DNA of 64,000 bases. It comes from Escherichia coli. GTDB lineage: Bacteria > Pseudomonadota > Gammaproteobacteria > Enterobacterales > Enterobacteriaceae. Positions 1-10,896 of this stretch are shown in pieces. A program made the translations under genes and the position numbers. The notes under the pieces are model-generated. The model worked only from the letters and a program-made list of their open reading frames with translations, was not told the DNA's origin and made no database searches. The stretch's first letter is position 1; each line of letters starts with the position of its first letter. The DNA is taken from assembly GCF_003334335.1 (NCBI RefSeq), contig NZ_QOWQ01000016.1; one strand, 5' to 3'.

Positions 1-3000
1 GATCTTTGGCATCGGCTTCACTCAACCAGACCACCGGACCACCGCGACCTAAAGTCAGCATCAGCAGGTTGTCGCTGTAGGTGGAGTGGATACCCCACTT
101 CTGGTGCGGCGTCAGGAAGTTGAGCGCTTTTTCCTGGTTGCCGTTGGATTTCTGGCCTATCACTTCTTTCACCGAACGGGTGTCGATCGGCGGACGATAA
201 ACCAGCAGGCTTTCACCGAAATCACGCATCCACTGGTGATCCTGATACAGTTGCTGACGACCAGAGAGCGTACGCCATGGGATCAGCTCGTGAACGTTGG
301 TGTAACCGGCGTTGTAAGAAACGTGTTCATCTTCCAGACCAGACCAGGTCGGGCTGGAGATAATTTTGCGCGGCTGTGCCTGAATATCGCGGAAGCGGAT
401 CTTCTCGTCTTCTTTATTCAGCGCCAGATGCGTATGGTCACGACCGGTAAATTCGCTCAGGGCAGCCCAGGCTTTCACGGCTACCTGACCGTTGGTTTCC
501 GGTGCCAGTGTCAGGATCATCTCTGCCGCATCAATTGCGGTGTTCAGCATCGGCTGGCCTTTCGCCGGACCTTCCGCTTTGGTGTAGTTGAGCTTACGCA
601 GCAGATCCATCTCGCTCTGGGTGTTCCAGGCAATCCCTTTACCGCCATTACCGATTTTCTCCATCAGCGGGCCGATAGAGGTAAAGCGTTCGTAAGTCGC
701 CGGATAATCGCGCTCTACGACCATAATGTGTGGCGCGGTTTTACCTGGGATCAGGTCGCACTCGCCTTTTTTCCAGTCTTTCACATCCAGCGGCTGCGCC
801 AGTTCAGCGGCAGAGTCATGCTGGATAGGCAGCGTGACGATGTCGGTTTCTTTACCCAGATGGCCGACGCACACTTCGGAGAATTTCTTCGCGATGGCTT
901 TGTAGATTTCCCAGTCGCTTTTCGCTTCCCAGGCCGGATCGACCGCCGCAGACAGCGGGTGAATAAACGGATGCATATCCGAAGTATTCATGTCGTCTTT
1001 TTCGTACCAGGTCGCCGTCGGCAAAATGATGTCGGAATAGAGACAGGTGCTCGACAGACGGAAGTCCAGCGTAACCACCAGATCCAGCTTGCCTTCCAGA
1101 CCATTGTCCTGCCAGTCCACTTCTTCCGGCTTCACGCCGCCCTGTTGCCCCAGATCTTTACCCTGGATACCGTGCTCCGTCCCCAGCAGGTACTTGAGCA
1201 TAAACTCATGACCTTTACCGGAAGAACCGAGCAGGTTAGAACGCCAGATGAACAGGTTGCGCGGGTGGTTTTTACCGTTTTCTGGTTGTTCTGCCGCAAA
1301 ACGGATGGAACCCTCTTTCAGGGATTTCACCGTATAGTCCACCGGATTCATCCCGGCTTTTTCCGCTTCGCCAGCGATAGTCAGCGGGTTAGTGCCTAAC
1401 TGCGGTGCAGACGGCAGCCAGCCCATGCGTTCCGCACGGACGTTAAAGTCGATCAAGTGTCCGGTATAGCGGGATTTGTCCGCCATCGGTGACAGCAACT
1501 CTTCCGCCGTGACGGTTTCATAACGCCACTGGCTGGAGTGGTTATAGAAATAAGAAGTGCTGTTCATGTGACGCGCCGGACGCTGCCAGTCAAGGGCAAA
1601 CGCCAGCGGCTGCCAGCCGGTTTGCGGACGCAGTTTTTCCTGACCTACATAGTGCGCCCAGCCGCCCCCGCTCTGACCGACACAGCCGCAGAAAATCAGC
1701 ATGTTGATCAGACCACGATAGTTCATATCGAGGTGATACCAGTGGTTCAGCCCCGCACCGACGATAATCATCGAACGACCGTGCGTTTTATCAGCGTTAT
1801 CGGCAAATTCACGGGCGATGCGAATAATCTGGCTGCGAGAAACGCCGGTAATCTGCTCGGCCCAGGCCGGGGTATAAGCTTTCACATCGTCATAGCTGGT
1901 TGCACAGTTAACGTCGTTCAGGCCACGTTCCAGACCGTAGTTTGCCAGCGTCAGATCATAAACGGTGGTCACCAGGGCGGTGCTGCCATCAGCCAGTTGC
2001 AGGCGTTTCACCGGCAGTTTGTGCAGCAGCACGTTTTCCAGTTCCACTTTGTTGAAGTGTTCCGTGCCGTCGCCACCAAAGTACGGGAAGCCTACCTCAG
2101 CGATCTCATCCTGGCTACCCAGCAGGCTCAGTTGCAGCTCGGTTTCTTCGCCAGTTTTGCCGTCGCGCTGCTCAAGATTCCATTTGCCCTTCTCGCCCCA
2201 GCGGAAGCCAATAGAACCGTTCGGCGCAACCATTTCGCCATTGGTATTAAAGGCGACAGTTTTCCATTCCGGATTGTTTTCCTGGCCCAGCGCATCAACC
2301 AGATCAGCAGCGCGCAGCATACGACCTGCAGCGTAGTAACCGTCGCGTTCTTCCAGCATCACCAGCATCGGCATGTCGGTGTAGCGACGCACATAGTCGG
2401 TGAAATACTGGCTTGGGTTGTCGAGGTGGAATTCACGCAGCATTACGTGGCCCATCGCCAGCGCCATTGCCGCATCGGTGCCCTGTTTCGGTGCCAGCCA
2501 CAGATCGCACAGTTTGGCGATTTCAGCGTAGTCTGGTGTGACGGCAACAGTTTTGGTCCCTTTGTAACGCACTTCAGTAAAGAAGTGAGCATCCGGGGTA
2601 CGCGTCTGCGGCACGTTTGACCCCCAGGCGATGATGTAGCTGGAGTTGTACCAGTCAGCAGATTCCGGTACGTCAGTTTGCTCGCCCCAGGTTTGCGGAG
2701 ACGCAGGAGGCAAGTCGCAGTACCAGTCGTAGAAGCTTAAGCAAGTACCGCCAATCAGCGAGAGATAGCGTGCACCCGATGCGTAAGAAACCATCGACAT
2801 TGCCGGAATTGGCGAGAAACCAGCAACACGGTCCGGGCCGTAGTTTTTGATGGTGTAAACGTTAGATGCGGCGATCAGTTCGTTCACCTCCTGCCAAGAA
2901 GAACGAACAAATCCACCGCGTCCACGCGCCTGCTTAAAGCTTTTCGCTTTATCGGCGTCTTCAATGATAGAAGCCCATGCCTCAACCGGATCGCTATGCA

Positions 3001-3382
3001 GCGCCTTCGCTTCACGCCACATTTTCATCAGGCGTTTGCGCATCATCGGGTATTTCAGGCGGTTGGCACTGTAAAGATACCAGGAGTAGCTGGCACCGCG
3101 CGGGCAGCCGCGAGGTTCATGGTTTGGCAGATCCGGACGGGTACGCGGATAGTCAGTCTGCTGGGTTTCCCAGGTGACCAGACCGTTTTTGACGTAGATT
3201 TTCCAGCTGCAGGAGCCGGTGCAGTTTACCCCGTGGGTAGAGCGGACGATTTTGTCATGCTGCCAACGCTGGCGATATCCATCCTCCCAGTCACGGTTGG
3301 TATTGAGAAGCTGGCCATGCCCATCGGCAAAGGTTTCACCCTTCTGTTTGAAGTAGCGAAACCGGTCCAGGAATTTACTCAT
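1..3382 (-). CDS. narG: Respiratory nitrate reductase 1 alpha subunit NarG (partial; C-terminal part lies beyond the left edge)
   Basis: Minus-strand translation begins MSKFLDRFRYFKQKGETF at 3382 and runs unbroken to position 1 (last residues ...MLTLGRGGPVVWLSEADAKDL); SD-like ctcct/aggag just upstream; synteny with narK and narXL. ORFs listed on the + strand in this span are antisense shadows. Confidence 0.9.
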   Translation of the reverse strand, partial: MSKFLDRFRYFKQKGETFADGHGQLLNTNRDWEDGYRQRWQHDKIVRSTHGVNCTGSCSWKIYVKNGLVTWETQQTDYPRTRPDLPNHEPRGCPRGASYSWYLYSANRLKYPMMRKRLMKMWREAKALHSDPVEAWASIIEDADKAKSFKQARGRGGFVRSSWQEVNELIAASNVYTIKNYGPDRVAGFSPIPAMSMVSYASGARYLSLIGGTCLSFYDWYCDLPPASPQTWGEQTDVPESADWYNSSYIIAWGSNVPQTRTPDAHFFTEVRYKGTKTVAVTPDYAEIAKLCDLWLAPKQGTDAAMALAMGHVMLREFHLDNPSQYFTDYVRRYTDMPMLVMLEERDGYYAAGRMLRAADLVDALGQENNPEWKTVAFNTNGEMVAPNGSIGFRWGEKGKWNLEQRDGKTGEETELQLSLLGSQDEIAEVGFPYFGGDGTEHFNKVELENVLLHKLPVKRLQLADGSTALVTTVYDLTLANYGLERGLNDVNCATSYDDVKAYTPAWAEQITGVSRSQIIRIAREFADNADKTHGRSMIIVGAGLNHWYHLDMNYRGLINMLIFCGCVGQSGGGWAHYVGQEKLRPQTGWQPLAFALDWQRPARHMNSTSYFYNHSSQWRYETVTAEELLSPMADKSRYTGHLIDFNVRAERMGWLPSAPQLGTNPLTIAGEAEKAGMNPVDYTVKSLKEGSIRFAAEQPENGKNHPRNLFIWRSNLLGSSGKGHEFMLKYLLGTEHGIQGKDLGQQGGVKPEEVDWQDNGLEGKLDLVVTLDFRLSSTCLYSDIILPTATWYEKDDMNTSDMHPFIHPLSAAVDPAWEAKSDWEIYKAIAKKFSEVCVGHLGKETDIVTLPIQHDSAAELAQPLDVKDWKKGECDLIPGKTAPHIMVVERDYPATYERFTSIGPLMEKIGNGGKGIAWNTQSEMDLLRKLNYTKAEGPAKGQPMLNTAIDAAEMILTLAPETNGQVAVKAWAALSEFTGRDHTHLALNKEDEKIRFRDIQAQPRKIISSPTWSGLEDEHVSYNAGYTNVHELIPWRTLSGRQQLYQDHQWMRDFGESLLVYRPPIDTRSVKEVIGQKSNGNQEKALNFLTPHQKWGIHSTYSDNLLMLTLGRGGPVVWLSEADAKD

Positions 3383-3473
3383 CGGTTTTCTCCTGTGGGA
3401 GCCTGTCGGCCCTCTGATAAATCGACATTGCTAATGTTTAAGGGCAAGGTAACGCTCTGAAACAGCGTGGGAA

Positions 3474-3487
3474 TTGATAACGATCAA
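3474..3487. promoter_or_regulatory. FNR box (TTGATaacgATCAA) upstream of narG
   Basis: Perfect TTGAT-N4-ATCAA palindrome about 90 bp upstream of the narG start codon; narG is a classic FNR-activated promoter. Confidence 0.7.
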
Positions 3488-3599
3488 GAGTGATGGGGAT
3501 GAAAAATAAAGTAAATTCCTAAGATACCCCTTTAGGATAATTAACAGCCACCACATAACAGACTGTAAATTAAGACGTTTTATACCTGTAGTTATTTAA

Positions 3600-3665
3600 A
3601 CTATTAAGATTTTTATGCAGATGGGTATTAAGGAGTATTCCCCATGGGTAACATATTAATGGCTC
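3600..3665. promoter_or_regulatory. Cluster of NarL heptamer-like sites (TACCCAT / TACTCCT) in the narG upstream region
   Basis: Reading in the narG direction the sequence is ...ttacccatggggaatactccttaatacccatctgc..., containing several TACYYMT-type heptamers about 220-280 bp upstream of narG; matches the known organisation of NarL sites far upstream of narG. Confidence 0.55.
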
Positions 3666-3897
3666 TTAATGAAATCCGGCGAAATAAACCATATAACATT
3701 AGTATGTTGTAACTAAATGACGCATAAAAAAAGCGCGACATCATGCCGCGCAAAGGATAATCAAATATTTTACTCTATATAATTCGGTTTACAGGAAGGC
3801 GGCAAGTGAATGAATCCCAGGAGCTTACTAAAGTAAGTGACTGGGGTGAATGAACGCAGCCGCAGCACATGTAACCCGAAGTATGACGAGTAACGGT

Positions 3898-5289
3898 TTA
3901 TTTTTTAGAATGCCGACCATATACCGCCCAGGTAATCACTACGCAGGCGATATAGAAAATCAAAAATACCTTCATTGCGCCGACTGGCGAACCCGTTAAT
4001 GCCAGCGAGCTACCAAACGCTTTCGGGATAAAGAAGCCACCAATCGCGCCAATCGCAGAGATGAAACCCAGCGCCGCCGCCGTGTCGGTTGCCGCTTCAC
4101 GCATCGCACGTTCGTCAGAACCCCCTTCTGCTTTCACGCGATCCATTGTCAGTTTACGGAAGATCACTGAAATCATCTGGAAAGTGGAACCACTACCCAG
4201 CCCAGCTGTCAGGAACAGCGCCAGGAAGACCGCGAAGAACGCCATGAAGCTTCCGCCCTGCCCGTCAGTCGGTAAGGTCAGGAACAGCAGGCCGCTGAAA
4301 ATCGCCATCAGAATAAAGTTCACCAGCGTGACACGAGTTCCGCCCAGACGGTCAGATAATGCACCACCTGCAGAACGCGCCAGCGCACCAATAAACGGCC
4401 CGAAGAAAGCGTATTGCAGAATCTGAACATCCGGGAACTGCGTTTTTGACAGCATTGCAAAGCCCGCGGAGAAGCCGATGAAGGAGCCGAAGGTTGCCAG
4501 ATACAGCAGGCTCATAATCCACAGATGACCCCGTTTGAGTACCGGCAACTGCTCCTTGATGGAGGCTTTCGAGGTAGCAAGATCGTTCATGCCAAACCAC
4601 GCCGCAATGGTGAAGATGGCAAGGAACGGCACCCATATCCAGGACGCATTCGCCAGATACAGCTCAGTCCCATCCGGCTGTTTGACGCCCTGGCTACCAA
4701 ATACTGCGAAAATCGACAGTGATACCACCAGCGGAGCAACCAACTGCATGACGCTGACGCCCATGTTTCCCAGACCACCATTCAGACCCAGCGCGCCACC
4801 CTGCTTCTGTTTCGGAAAGAAGAAGCTGATGTTTGCCATACTGGATGCGAAGTTCGCGCCAGCAAAGCCGCATAGCAGAGAGATGATGATGAAGACGCTA
4901 TAAGGCGTGGAGGTATCCTGCACGGCAAAACCCAGCCAGACGCAAGGAATAATCAGAATACCGGTGCTGAACGCCGTCCAGCGACGACCACCGAAGATAG
5001 GAACCATAAAGGAGTATGGAACACGTAATAACGCGCCAGAAACCGAAGGCAGCGCAGTCAACATAAATAGCTGATCGGTCGTAAAATTAAAGCCGACTTT
5101 CGGTAGGTTCACCGCAACAGCGCTGAACAACATCCATACGCAAAACGCCAGCAGCAGACAGGGAACGGAAATCCACAGGTTGCGGCTGGCAATACGTTGA
5201 CCGCGTTGTTGCCAGAACGCAGGATCTTCCGGTCGCCAATCTGTAATGACAGCTCCAGTAGCCCTTTCGGGGGCGGATGAGTGACTCAT
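3898..5289 (-). CDS. narK: Nitrate/nitrite transporter NarK (MFS)
   Basis: ORF 3898..5295 translation (MSMSHSSAPERATGAVITDWRPEDPAFW...) recognised as NarK; start placed at the second Met to give 463 aa; adjacent to narG and narXL. Confidence 0.9.
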   Translation of the reverse strand: MSHSSAPERATGAVITDWRPEDPAFWQQRGQRIASRNLWISVPCLLLAFCVWMLFSAVAVNLPKVGFNFTTDQLFMLTALPSVSGALLRVPYSFMVPIFGGRRWTAFSTGILIIPCVWLGFAVQDTSTPYSVFIIISLLCGFAGANFASSMANISFFFPKQKQGGALGLNGGLGNMGVSVMQLVAPLVVSLSIFAVFGSQGVKQPDGTELYLANASWIWVPFLAIFTIAAWFGMNDLATSKASIKEQLPVLKRGHLWIMSLLYLATFGSFIGFSAGFAMLSKTQFPDVQILQYAFFGPFIGALARSAGGALSDRLGGTRVTLVNFILMAIFSGLLFLTLPTDGQGGSFMAFFAVFLALFLTAGLGSGSTFQMISVIFRKLTMDRVKAEGGSDERAMREAATDTAAALGFISAIGAIGGFFIPKAFGSSLALTGSPVGAMKVFLIFYIACVVITWAVYGRHSKK

Positions 5290-5396
5290 AGACACCTCTG
5301 ATACTCGTTTCGATGTCTGCCACCTTAGTGTCTGTAGCTAAAGGCAATTTGATGTAAATCAAACGATAAGATAACTTTATCTATCATTGATATTTA

Positions 5397-5410
5397 TCAT
5401 TACCCATAGT
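5397..5410. promoter_or_regulatory. FNR-like site TTGATatttATCAT in the narK-narX divergent region
   Basis: One mismatch to TTGAT-N4-ATCAA, about 110 bp upstream of the narK start; TACCCAT heptamer immediately adjacent (5411-5417). Confidence 0.5.
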
Positions 5411-5627
5411 GAGTACAGTGACTTCATAAAAATTATGAGATTTTTCACGGTGCTGTAAAATCCCTACCCTTACCGATGTAAAGCGACTAACCACACGGCA
5501 AATAAGGAGTAACTCTTTCCGGGTATGGGTATACTTCAGCCAATAGCCGAGAATACTGCCATTCCAGAATGTATCGTCACATTCATTAAGGTTATTGCTC
5601 ATTTAAAGCCTGAAGGAAGAGGTTTAC

Positions 5628-7424
5628 ATGCTTAAACGTTGTCTCTCTCCGCTCACCCTGGTTAATCAGGTTGCGCTTATTGTGTTGCTTTCTACTGCTA
5701 TTGGACTGGCAGGGATGGCGGTTTCTGGCTGGCTGGTGCAAGGCGTTCAGGGCAGCGCCCATGCGATCAACAAAGCGGGATCGCTGCGCATGCAAAGTTA
5801 CCGTCTGTTGGCGGCAGTGCCATTAAGCGAGAAAGACAAGCCCTTAATTAAAGAGATGGAACAAACGGCATTTAGCGCCGAGTTGACTCGAGCAGCAGAA
5901 CGAGACGGACAACTGGCGCAATTACAGGGTTTACAAGATTACTGGCGTAATGAACTGATCCCTGCGCTGATGCGTGCACAAAACCGAGAAACGGTGTCAG
6001 CGGATGTCAGCCAGTTTGTTGCCGGGCTTGATCAACTGGTATCTGGTTTTGACCGCACCACGGAAATGCGCATCGAGACAGTGGTACTGGTCCATCGGGT
6101 AATGGCGGTATTTATGGCACTTTTACTGGTGTTCACTATTATCTGGTTGCGGGCGCGACTGCTACAACCGTGGCGGCAACTGCTGGCAATGGCGAGTGCC
6201 GTCAGTCATCGCGATTTTACCCAACGCGCAAACATCAGCGGGCGCAACGAAATGGCGATGCTTGGAACTGCGTTGAACAATATGTCTGCAGAACTGGCCG
6301 AAAGTTATGCCGTACTTGAGCAGCGGGTTCAGGAGAAAACCGCCGGGCTGGAGCATAAAAATCAGATCCTCTCTTTTTTATGGCAGGCTAACCGCCGTTT
6401 GCATTCCCGCGCCCCGCTGTGTGAACGCCTGTCACCTGTACTCAACGGCTTACAGAATTTAACCCTGCTACGTGATATCGAATTGCGGGTGTATGACACT
6501 GATGATGAAGAGAATCATCAGGAGTTTACCTGCCAGCCAGATATGACTTGTGATGATAAAGGCTGCCAGCTCTGCCCGCGCGGCGTATTACCCGTTGGTG
6601 ATCGCGGCACGACCCTGAAGTGGCGGCTGGCTGACTCTCATACGCAGTACGGTATTTTGCTGGCGACCCTGCCGCAGGGGCGTCATCTTAGCCATGATCA
6701 ACAACAACTGGTGGATACCCTGGTTGAACAACTCACCGCCACGCTGGCGCTGGATCGCCATCAGGAACGTCAGCAACAGTTGATCGTGATGGAAGAGCGT
6801 GCCACCATTGCGCGCGAACTGCATGATTCTATTGCCCAATCTCTCTCTTGCATGAAGATGCAGGTGAGTTGTTTACAGATGCAGGGCGATGCGCTGCCAG
6901 AAAGCAGCCGCGAACTGTTAAGTCAGATCCGTAACGAACTGAATGCATCCTGGGCGCAGTTGCGTGAATTGCTCACCACATTCCGCTTGCAGCTCACCGA
7001 GCCTGGATTACGTCCGGCGCTGGAGGCGAGTTGCGAAGAGTACAGCGCCAAATTTGGCTTCCCGGTGAAGCTGGATTATCAATTGCCGCCTCGCCTGGTG
7101 CCTTCGCATCAGGCAATCCACTTGTTGCAAATTGCCCGTGAGGCATTAAGTAACGCCCTCAAACATTCGCAAGCGAGTGAAGTCGTGGTGACGGTGGCGC
7201 AAAACGATAATCAGGTCAAACTGACCGTCCAGGATAACGGCTGCGGCGTGCCTGAAAATGCCATCCGCAGCAATCACTACGGCATGATAATAATGCGCGA
7301 TCGTGCGCAAAGTTTACGAGGCGATTGCCGCGTCCGCCGTCGTGAATCAGGTGGCACCGAAGTGGTGGTCACCTTTATTCCCGAAAAAACTTTCACAGAC
7401 GTCCAAGGAGATACCCATGAGTAA
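5628..7424 (+). CDS. narX: Nitrate/nitrite sensor histidine kinase NarX
   Basis: 598-aa ORF with N-terminal TM region and C-terminal histidine kinase region ([11 protein letters not shown]... H-box); stop overlaps narL start (ATGAGTAA). Confidence 0.92.
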
Positions 7425-8067
7425 TCAGGAACCGGCTACTATCCTGCTGATTGACGATCACCCGATGCTGCGAACTGGCGTAAAACAGCTTATCAGTATG
7501 GCACCAGATATCACCGTGGTTGGCGAAGCGAGTAATGGCGAACAGGGTATTGAACTGGCGGAGTCTCTTGATCCCGATCTGATCCTGTTAGATCTCAATA
7601 TGCCCGGCATGAACGGTCTGGAAACGCTGGATAAACTGCGCGAAAAGTCCCTCTCAGGGCGCATTGTGGTATTCAGCGTCTCTAACCATGAAGAAGATGT
7701 GGTCACCGCACTGAAACGCGGCGCGGATGGCTATCTGTTAAAAGATATGGAACCGGAAGATCTGCTGAAAGCATTGCATCAGGCAGCTGCTGGCGAAATG
7801 GTATTAAGCGAAGCATTAACGCCTGTTCTGGCCGCCAGCTTGCGCGCTAACCGTGCCACTACTGAGCGCGATGTTAACCAGTTAACCCCACGCGAGCGCG
7901 ATATTCTCAAGCTGATTGCCCAGGGTTTGCCGAACAAGATGATTGCCCGCCGCCTGGATATCACCGAAAGCACAGTAAAAGTGCACGTCAAGCACATGCT
8001 GAAGAAAATGAAGCTCAAGTCTCGCGTGGAAGCAGCGGTATGGGTGCATCAGGAGCGCATTTTCTGA
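7417..8067 (+). CDS. narL: Nitrate/nitrite response regulator NarL
   Basis: 216-aa product [22 protein letters not shown]... with receiver domain and LuxR-type HTH; start overlaps narX stop. Confidence 0.92.
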
Positions 8068-9462
8068 TTACGGTTCCCAGCGCAGTTCGTCGTTTGACAA
8101 TGCATCGAACGGTTCGACAAGCGTTAGCGTGATCTCATTGGAGGAGACACGCTGCCCCTGGTTATCTTCCACCACCACAGACAATCGCCAGTGATTGCTT
8201 GCCCCTTCCCCGTTCTGCCAGTCAGGCATGATCAGCGTCCAGCCCTCCGCGCTGTTGGCTTGTGCGCCCGGCGTCAAACTTAATATCTGCGTATCGCCCT
8301 GCCAAATCAGTTGCCGAATACCGTAACGACTGCGGATTTGTAATTTCAGCGGCACTGTTTCGCCAGGTTTTAGATCCCACGGCGGTGTCGCCAGAAACAC
8401 CGTTAACGTTTTTCGCTGTCGGTACTCAAGAGTCGGTAGATTATTTCGCTGCGGATTGTCATAGCGACTACCACGTAACGACTGACTTTCGGCAACCTCG
8501 CCCGCAGAAAGTTGTTTTTTGAGCGGTACACCAAAGCGGTAATTAAGATTCAGCCCGAGGTTATTTTGATTTTCGCCACTTTCACCCTGTTTATGCTGGG
8601 CCGTCACAGTGACTAATGGCACAGGGGTGTAATTTAATCCCAGACTCAACGCGACGGGATTGTGATAACCCGTACCAGAGTTAAACAAATCAACACGATC
8701 ACCAAAATACTGTTCTAGGCTGACACTGGTATTGAGGTGTTGATAGAACGGCATGCGCATCCGAGCTGTCAGGTCGTACCCGCGCGCCATCCGTTGTTCC
8801 TGCGTGGCTGTCTGTTCATGCCATGCAGCAAACGGCTGATAAAAGTTTGCCGATAATCGCAAATATTCGCCCCACGCTTCGGCACCAAAGCCCGCTCGCT
8901 GAAGATTTTCGTCCAGCAAGTTGTCATAAAAAGTGTTATAACCCACCAGCCAGTTGCCGCGCGCCCAGCGTTGCCCAACGCCCACATTGCTCACCAACCC
9001 ATTATCCTGCTGAGTAAGACCAAGCTGGCTCCAGGTGAGATAACGATCATTATCTTGTAACGGCACAAACCAGCTTCCACGACTGCCGGTGAAATGTCCT
9101 TCGTTATCCACTTTGACGTCAACACTGGCATTTCCCCACGGTGATAGCCAGGACTCTACGTGCTGATTAACCTGTTGACTAAGCGCGTCGCGGACTTTTC
9201 CCAATGCGAAAGCTTTTGCCTGCTCGCCAGTATCCAGCCCGTTATCATTCATACTGGTTTCGCCGAAATCTTTCACAATTTCAGCAAAGTGTTTTTCCCC
9301 ATCATGATTTTCGGGAGCCATGCCTAAATCCGGCAGACCATCATTGTTATTATCAAAGGGATTTGCCGCTTTTTGCTCGAAGGTAGATTGTGCGTTAGCT
9401 GTACCGCCTGCTACAAGCAAGAGTAAATAAAACGGGATAATGCGAGGAACGAAACGGCTCAA
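8068..9462 (-). CDS. ychO: Putative invasin/intimin-family outer membrane protein YchO
   Basis: 464-aa ORF with signal peptide (MSRFVPRIIPFYLLLLVAGGTANA); position between narL and ychN matches K-12 synteny; exact start not verified. Confidence 0.75.
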   Translation of the reverse strand: MSRFVPRIIPFYLLLLVAGGTANAQSTFEQKAANPFDNNNDGLPDLGMAPENHDGEKHFAEIVKDFGETSMNDNGLDTGEQAKAFALGKVRDALSQQVNQHVESWLSPWGNASVDVKVDNEGHFTGSRGSWFVPLQDNDRYLTWSQLGLTQQDNGLVSNVGVGQRWARGNWLVGYNTFYDNLLDENLQRAGFGAEAWGEYLRLSANFYQPFAAWHEQTATQEQRMARGYDLTARMRMPFYQHLNTSVSLEQYFGDRVDLFNSGTGYHNPVALSLGLNYTPVPLVTVTAQHKQGESGENQNNLGLNLNYRFGVPLKKQLSAGEVAESQSLRGSRYDNPQRNNLPTLEYRQRKTLTVFLATPPWDLKPGETVPLKLQIRSRYGIRQLIWQGDTQILSLTPGAQANSAEGWTLIMPDWQNGEGASNHWRLSVVVEDNQGQRVSSNEITLTLVEPFDALSNDELRWEP

Positions 9463-9484
9463 AACGTCGGTAACTTCCGGTAAT

Positions 9485-9524
<40 letters not shown>

Positions 9525-9525
9525 A

Positions 9526-9629
<104 letters not shown>

Positions 9630-9646
9630 GAATACAGGAGTAAATA

Positions 9647-10000
9647 ATGCAAAAAATCGTGATCGTTGCCAATGGCGCACCTTACGGGAGCGAATCCTTG
9701 TTTAACAGCTTGCGGCTGGCCATTGCGTTACGAGAGCAGGAGAGCAATCTGGATCTGCGTCTGTTCCTCATGTCTGATGCGGTCACAGCCGGGTTGCGCG
9801 GGCAAAAACCAGGGGAAGGCTACAACATTCAGCAAATGCTGGAGATCCTTACCGCTCAGAATGTACCGGTGAAATTGTGCAAAACCTGTACCGACGGGCG
9901 CGGGATTAGTACACTTCCTCTGATTGATGGGGTGGAAATCGGTACTCTTGTGGAACTGGCGCAATGGACGCTGTCAGCCGATAAAGTGCTCACATTTTAA
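9647..10000 (+). CDS. ychN: DsrE/DsrF-like family protein YchN
   Basis: 117-aa ORF MQKIVIVANGAPYGSESLFNSLRLAIAL...; synteny. Confidence 0.85.
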   Translation: MQKIVIVANGAPYGSESLFNSLRLAIALREQESNLDLRLFLMSDAVTAGLRGQKPGEGYNIQQMLEILTAQNVPVKLCKTCTDGRGISTLPLIDGVEIGTLVELAQWTLSADKVLTF

Positions 10001-10007
10001 TGTTTGA

Positions 10008-10025
10008 GGGGGCGTCTGACGCCCC
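10008..10025. terminator. Hairpin between convergent ychN and chaC (possible bidirectional terminator)
   Basis: GGGGCGTC-t-GACGCCCC perfect 8-bp stem directly after the ychN stop; flanking U-tract is weak. Confidence 0.4.
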
Positions 10026-10043
10026 ACTATGCGGGAAGTTTAC

Positions 10044-10739
10044 TCAGGCGAATCCCGGACGTAACACACCATCCGGAAAATTCTCCGCCAGCAGTTTTTT
10101 TACCGATACCAGCAAATCATTCAGCCCATCGTCCTGCATTCCCAGTTTGATAAGCTCCTGTTCCAGTGAAAACAGGTATTGTGCGTTGGTTCCCAGCGGA
10201 CCGCTCGCCGCCGCAATCAACGGCGCGATGACCTGAGCGCGAGTATCAGATTCATATTCTGGATGTCGCGGGTCCATAATAAACACAATGGCGTTTACTG
10301 TGCGTCCATCATCAAGATCAAGCTGACACCAGGTTGGCAGATAACAGCCGGTAATCATCTCTCGCTTCCACAACAGGGTTAGTTCCTGCTCCAGCGTCTC
10401 TTCTGGCAGTCGATAGGCGACGCCTGTGGTGCGTCCGCCCTCTTTCAGTGCAAGCATCCGTCCCGGCTGGTGCGCAGTCCCGCGCCCGGCGGTCAGGCGC
10501 AGGCAAAATGCGCGATGCCATCCAACCAGTGTACCGGTGCACGATTCGGTAAACTCCAGTGCCGGATTCCACATCAACGATCCATAGCCGAAGATCCACA
10601 CCGGTCCCTCATCAGGTCGACAAGCCAGCGTCGCCGCCAGCGAAGCCGCCCGTTGTTCTGCTGACCATAAGAGTGATTCTTCAATGGCACCAAATGCCGT
10701 TTTACAATCGGCATTCATCAAGAAATCACGCGTTATCAC
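10044..10739 (-). CDS. chaC: Glutathione-specific gamma-glutamylcyclotransferase ChaC
   Basis: ORF 10044..10775; product ...ITRDFLMNADCKTAFGAIEESLLW... recognised as ChaC; start chosen to give about 231 aa, upstream Met is an alternative. Confidence 0.8.
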   Translation of the reverse strand: MITRDFLMNADCKTAFGAIEESLLWSAEQRAASLAATLACRPDEGPVWIFGYGSLMWNPALEFTESCTGTLVGWHRAFCLRLTAGRGTAHQPGRMLALKEGGRTTGVAYRLPEETLEQELTLLWKREMITGCYLPTWCQLDLDDGRTVNAIVFIMDPRHPEYESDTRAQVIAPLIAAASGPLGTNAQYLFSLEQELIKLGMQDDGLNDLLVSVKKLLAENFPDGVLRPGFA

Positions 10740-10896
10740 CTTACACCTCCGCCACTGCATACTTCCCTGCGACAACTTTTTGGTGTCTTCCGGACATTTT
10801 TACTGCTCATTTTGAAACCACTAACGGGACAATATGCAATCCACGGACCACTTGCAAGGCAACACCGCACGAATAGCTTTAACTAAGCGACCGGTT

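Noticed and set aside
1965-2336. Ser/Pro-rich 123-aa + strand ORF
   Set aside because: Low-complexity translation in an alternative frame inside narG.
86-3460. Long + strand ORFs inside the narG region (86..1399, 1538..2620, 2996..3460)
   Set aside because: The minus strand encodes a continuous, recognisable NarG from 3382 to the window edge; the + strand ORFs are antisense shadows in GC-rich coding DNA.
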